Made by a program: the position numbers and the translations under genes | NCBI GenBank assembly: GCA_044356295.1 | Contig: JBIKWN010000040.1 | Span: 1 to 21,839, forward strand | DNA length: 21,839 bases | Source of the DNA: Bdellovibrionota bacterium | GTDB taxonomy: Bacteria; Bdellovibrionota_C; UBA2361; JBIKWN01 | Reading direction: 5' to 3' | The notes under the pieces: model-generated | What the model saw: only the letters and a program-made list of their open reading frames with translations | What the model was told of the DNA's origin: nothing | Database searches by the model: none | Part shown: in pieces, positions 17,880 through 21,839 of the stretch | How positions within the stretch are numbered: the first letter of the stretch is position 1 | Layout: each line of letters begins with the position of its first letter

Positions 17880-18968
17880 ATGTGGCTTACAACTAAGCAG
17901 AAACCTTCAAAAACAAGAAGCCCTCTGCGACAAAGAATTTTAGAAACAACTGGTTTTGGGTTGGCAGTCACCCCTGCAGTTTGGATGGGATGTTGGTTCG
18001 GTGCATTAGCTCTTCAGACGATTAAAAATACAGTTGGACTTGGTGATACAGCTCCCAGAACTATTCCAATTTCAAAAGCAAAAGCGGCTAAACTTACAAA
18101 AAACTCTACAGAATTCATTTTTGATCATTTTCACAATTCAAAGTTAGTATCACTCTCAGATCAGTCAATCTGGTCAGGAATGACACCATTTAGAAATTCG
18201 CTATCGAATTTCTCTCCTGACCTAGACTCTTGGTTGAGTACTATGTATCAATCAGGTCGCTTAAAATTTCAAGATTTTTCTAATGAAGAAAGTCATACAA
18301 CACGACTGGCTCGATTTGATTTTCATTCAAATTCATTATTGCTATTCCCAGGATTCTTTTCTCAAACCGACGCACAAAAAATCCTTATACTTCGACATGA
18401 GCGATTTCATGCAGGGGAAGATATGATTGACCTTATCGTTACTCATGGAGCTCCATTAGCCGGGATTGGAACTATTTCAAGTAAAGTGGCTAAAAATTTG
18501 GCAACAATAGTCAATAATACTGGTAGTACATTTATTGAACCAACATCAGAGGAGATGCGGAGGAATAGAATTATTGCAATGCAGTATTATGATCATCAAG
18601 TTGGTTTTCATCGATCATATAGAGCTCCTGAATTAACACCTCGTCAACAAATGATTAACTCATCTTTTGAATTAAGTAATTTTCTTTCATCACAAGGTGA
18701 GCAAGGATCATTTGCTTATAATCTTATGTATTATAACAACAGAAGTGAAAGAGCTGCACGAAGGTATGAAGAAGAAACTCGACAAGAACTTGGTATTCCA
18801 TCAGAACGCTCTGAAGACGAACATACAATATCCCAGAAAACTGCTTCTTTCATTCCAGAACATAGCGAAGCAGCAGTAGGTTTCGTTTTAGGTGCTGGTT
18901 CTATCCTTGGCGCGAGAAAAAGATTAAAGAAAATCAAAAAAATAATTTCAGATTCTAAAAAAAATTAG
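17880..18968 (+). CDS. Hypothetical membrane-anchored protein, possible zincin metalloprotease
   Basis: N-terminal hydrophobic segment, HExxH (LRHERFHAG), downstream NRSERAAR, C-terminal hydrophobic segment followed by a basic tail. Confidence 0.6.
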   Translation: MWLTTKQKPSKTRSPLRQRILETTGFGLAVTPAVWMGCWFGALALQTIKNTVGLGDTAPRTIPISKAKAAKLTKNSTEFIFDHFHNSKLVSLSDQSIWSGMTPFRNSLSNFSPDLDSWLSTMYQSGRLKFQDFSNEESHTTRLARFDFHSNSLLLFPGFFSQTDAQKILILRHERFHAGEDMIDLIVTHGAPLAGIGTISSKVAKNLATIVNNTGSTFIEPTSEEMRRNRIIAMQYYDHQVGFHRSYRAPELTPRQQMINSSFELSNFLSSQGEQGSFAYNLMYYNNRSERAARRYEEETRQELGIPSERSEDEHTISQKTASFIPEHSEAAVGFVLGAGSILGARKRLKKIKKIISDSKKN

Positions 18969-18972
18969 AATT

Positions 18973-19695
18973 CTATTTTATCAATCCTAACTTATTCGCA
19001 CGCCTAGGAAATTTTTGAGGGGTATCTGCTAATTTCTGAACTACTGCAATGAATCGCTCTTCTTCTAAAAAAGGAACTTTCACAGGTTTGATTGAAATTC
19101 CCGAAGCCCCGAGTATCGTGGCAATCTGAGCAGCATCTGACTTTTCCTCATTAACTTTTGGGCCTTTCATAGCAAGCATGACGCCATCTTTTTTAAGGAA
19201 AGGAATTGATATCTCAACTAATGCAGGCAGTGCGGTTACTGCCCTTGAAATTACAATATCAAATTGATCTCTGATTTCAGTTTTATGTGTAATTTCCTCT
19301 GCACGGGCATGAATTGCTGTAACATTTTTTAGTTCAAGTTTTTCTATAACTGACTGTAAAAATTTAATGCGCTTATCGAGTGCATCAAGAAGTGTAAACT
19401 GGTGATGAGGAAGCAGTATGGCTAATACGATTCCAGGAACACCAAGACCAGTGCCAATATCGACGATTGAAAGAGCACTACCATGTGGTATCAAAGGAAT
19501 AAGTGACGCTGCATCAAGTAAATGATGTGTAACAGCAGCATCACCTGTAACCCTTGTAAGGTTAAGAGATGCATTAGTTTCTTCGACCATGTTCCAATAA
19601 TTCAAAAGATTATTGGAATCTTTTTCTTGATATTCAGGGTATAGACTGGAAAGTCCTTGTCGTAATTGATCTAATGCTTCTTCAGAAAAAATCAT
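18973..19695 (-). CDS. rsmG: 16S rRNA m7G527 methyltransferase
   Basis: NASLNLTR, HHLLDA, DIGTGLGVPGI, LLDALDKRIKFL, HARAEE, SRAV, AMKG, FPRR. Confidence 0.95.
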   Translation of the reverse strand: MIFSEEALDQLRQGLSSLYPEYQEKDSNNLLNYWNMVEETNASLNLTRVTGDAAVTHHLLDAASLIPLIPHGSALSIVDIGTGLGVPGIVLAILLPHHQFTLLDALDKRIKFLQSVIEKLELKNVTAIHARAEEITHKTEIRDQFDIVISRAVTALPALVEISIPFLKKDGVMLAMKGPKVNEEKSDAAQIATILGASGISIKPVKVPFLEEERFIAVVQKLADTPQKFPRRANKLGLIK

Positions 19696-20915
19696 GCCAC
19701 TATCCTCTTTCCTAAAAACATGATTTTTTTCTCGTACAGACGTGTAAAAAATACTACTCCTGGAGGAGTGTCTTCTGTAACGCCTCGCGCTGTAAGCCCA
19801 AGTTGCCCTCTGAAAGATTCTGGCTCTTCTTGAAAATTTGCTTTTTTAAGCTCTGTACGATTATCCCAGTTTCGTTCGTTTAAGATTTGTTTGAGGTCAG
19901 TGAGCCTAAAAGGTTTAACACTATCAATAATAAAAGCTTCGACGAGCCCTTTATAAGATGGCTCATTCAAATGAAAAGCATCCAGAGTGGTAATTGCCAA
20001 CTTCCCTGGTTTCGGTAAATTTAGAGCTTTATGTTGCGCAAAAAACTGCTCTGATACATCTGCTGCAAGAAGCGCTGCATGTGGCTCTAAAAGGACAAAG
20101 GGGGGCTCTGGTAAAGTTTCAATAAAAATTACTTCTTGATCAAGAGAACGTGAACAAAACGCATCTGTATTACTTTCTATAACATGTACCGTTGGAATTA
20201 AACTGTGGTCAGGAGTATCAAGAGATCGAATCAACAACTTTTCCTTACATTCCTTTTGATAACCAACCCACTGAGAGTTCCAATTTGGGAAACTATTTTT
20301 ATTTGTAGGATTAATTTTTATAACAGATTTCTTAACTGTATTATTCGTTAATAAAGACAACGGTGGGGAAAACTCTTCTTGTAACTTGGTGCGCACTCCA
20401 TCATGACTTCGACGCATAGGGTCCGCCCATAATGCCGTGAATTTTTCAAAAGAATTACCTTCAATATAATCTTCATAAGAAACTTCGAGAACTTGAGCAT
20501 TTTCACAACTACAAAGTGTCAGATTCTTTCTGGCAAATGCGGCATGAATTGGGTCGACCTCAAGAGAGGTAACAGATTTTCCATGTCTCGCTAAGTGAAT
20601 AGTATCAAATCCAAGTCCTGATCCTACTTCAAGAATACTATCTTCAGGTGTAAAAAAATTACTGTGATATAACGAGACCTCTGGATGAGAACGTTGCTCA
20701 AGACCTTGCTGAGTAAAAAAACCTTTTCGAAGATCTGGAAAATACTTTGAAACTTTTTTTCTTCCAAAAAAAACTTCTAATCCAATTTTTCTATATTCTG
20801 AGCTGAATTCTTTTGATTTAGAAAGTTCAAGTGGAAGTTGAGTATCAGATTTTTTATCTGATAAACCTTCTAACGCAGTACAAATACGTTCTATCTGTTC
20901 GAAATCAATATCCAC
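19692..20915 (-). CDS. Class I SAM-dependent methyltransferase with THUMP-like C-terminus
   Basis: GLEQRSH, LEVGSGLGFD (motif I), ADPMRR, ECKE, LLEPHAALL. GTG at 20915 preferred as start (track: 21080). 4-bp overlap with rsmG. Confidence 0.8.
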   Translation of the reverse strand: MDIDFEQIERICTALEGLSDKKSDTQLPLELSKSKEFSSEYRKIGLEVFFGRKKVSKYFPDLRKGFFTQQGLEQRSHPEVSLYHSNFFTPEDSILEVGSGLGFDTIHLARHGKSVTSLEVDPIHAAFARKNLTLCSCENAQVLEVSYEDYIEGNSFEKFTALWADPMRRSHDGVRTKLQEEFSPPLSLLTNNTVKKSVIKINPTNKNSFPNWNSQWVGYQKECKEKLLIRSLDTPDHSLIPTVHVIESNTDAFCSRSLDQEVIFIETLPEPPFVLLEPHAALLAADVSEQFFAQHKALNLPKPGKLAITTLDAFHLNEPSYKGLVEAFIIDSVKPFRLTDLKQILNERNWDNRTELKKANFQEEPESFRGQLGLTARGVTEDTPPGVVFFTRLYEKKIMFLGKRIVA

Positions 20916-21052
20916 AGGACGATTATATAGACAGAAAATTTTGGGAGCAAAAAGTGATAGATACACTCTATAAGCTCTTAAAAAATGACACGAATGAATG
21001 AGATTAAAAAAATCCCCTCGTTTTTGAACGTGTCGCAAACGAGGGAAAATAC

Positions 21053-21589
21053 TCATGAAAGCAGTACTGCAAGCTCGCAAAGTGCAAGCAATATAAATAC
21101 CGCTTCGAGCACTGCAAATAACTTAGCTTCTTTATCTTGATTCGTTCGAATACGACCAACCAGGATTAGAATACTAAAGCCACTTGCAGCCAAATATGCT
21201 GGAACCAATAGGAATGCAAACCCTACTGCGTTTAAGGCGCAGACAAGGAATGTAAATATCGCCTGAGAATCCTTTCGGATCTCTGGAATACATTTTATTC
21301 CCATGGTTAGAACAACCAGCAAGACAATAAAAAGCTTCAAAACGTTTTGGGAATCTGGCAGGAACGCAGTAAGCGAACCAGCAAATTCAGTTATCGAAAG
21401 AAGCCTCAGCACTAACGCTGCTCGTAAGACCGCTATCAAGATAAGGCTTGCTCCGAGGAGAAAGCACATTTTCTGGATAAACGGTGCATAATGTTGGGCT
21501 TGTCCTAAAAGCCACATCATCATACCAAGAAGCGTGAGTGTTGAATGGTCGTGGTGCTTCGAATCAAGCTTTTGAGCTCGAGGAAGCAA
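21053..21589 (-). CDS. Hypothetical membrane protein
   Basis: 178-aa ORF with about 5-6 hydrophobic segments; start uncertain (TTG). Confidence 0.6.
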   Translation of the reverse strand: MLPRAQKLDSKHHDHSTLTLLGMMMWLLGQAQHYAPFIQKMCFLLGASLILIAVLRAALVLRLLSITEFAGSLTAFLPDSQNVLKLFIVLLVVLTMGIKCIPEIRKDSQAIFTFLVCALNAVGFAFLLVPAYLAASGFSILILVGRIRTNQDKEAKLFAVLEAVFILLALCELAVLLS

Positions 21590-21613
21590 CGTTTGTCTGA
21601 TTTTGTAGGTCAG

Positions 21614-21654
21614 TTACGTGTATCTACTATCTGCGAGCATAATGCTCGCCTCCC
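21614..21654 (-). promoter_or_regulatory. Candidate leader: SD plus hairpin-occluded ATG of an 8-codon mini-ORF (MLADSRYT)
   Basis: GGGAGG (21654-21649), 8-nt spacer, ATG at 21640, TAA at 21616-21614; perfect 8-bp inverted repeat GCGAGCAT/ATGCTCGC at 21633-21649. Confidence 0.4.
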
Positions 21655-21766
21655 GCACTAGTGCACATGGCGAAAAAACCTCTTTTGGAAATCCTTCTAC
21701 CCATGCATTCGTGACGGTGGGATTATGACATAAATATAGATTTTTCTGTATCTTAATGGGTCTATT

Positions 21767-21839
21767 CCGTGACCGTGAGCGTAGGCGTGAGCGTGACCCA
21801 ATGCTGCACTTCGGTCACGCTCACGCCTACGCTCATGGT
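21767..21839. repeat. Long hairpin built from degenerate hexamers (truncated at the window edge)
   Basis: ACCGTGAGCGTAGGCGTGAGCGTGACC (21772-21798) pairs with GGTCACGCTCACGCCTACGCTCATGGT (21813-21839): 26 of 27 Watson-Crick plus one G-T; 14-nt loop. Confidence 0.92.

Noticed and set aside
20916..21080. N-terminal extension of the methyltransferase in the ORF track
   Set aside because: The 55 extra residues look like translated intergenic sequence and overlap the upstream gene; GTG at 20915 is more plausible.

Overview
AT-rich bacterial chromosomal window, densely coding, with no rRNA, tRNA, CRISPR array or transposase recognisable. In order: a partial SDR/epimerase (minus strand, runs off the left edge, missing from the ORF track); hemE-hemY; a DUF2231-like membrane protein; a pseudo-receiver/PP2C phosphatase; a membrane protein; a small bacterial histone of the Bdellovibrio Bd0055 type; an M50B-like peptidase; an acidic/basic ORFan ending in a REP-like tandem repeat; a ubiA-dprE1-dprE2-TPR lipoprotein operon (polyprenyl-phospho-arabinose donor pathway); a lipoprotein-HDOD-PAS histidine kinase-Pro/Thr protein run followed by motAB; a HExxH membrane ORFan; rsmG with a THUMP-like methyltransferase; a membrane protein with an odd leader; and a hexamer-repeat hairpin at the right edge. 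The standout is the histone, which has a strong RBS, its own terminator and an acidic, Thr-rich N-terminal tail. Bdellovibrionota or deltaproteobacterial affinity is an inference from the histone. All family calls come from motif recognition by eye, not database searches.
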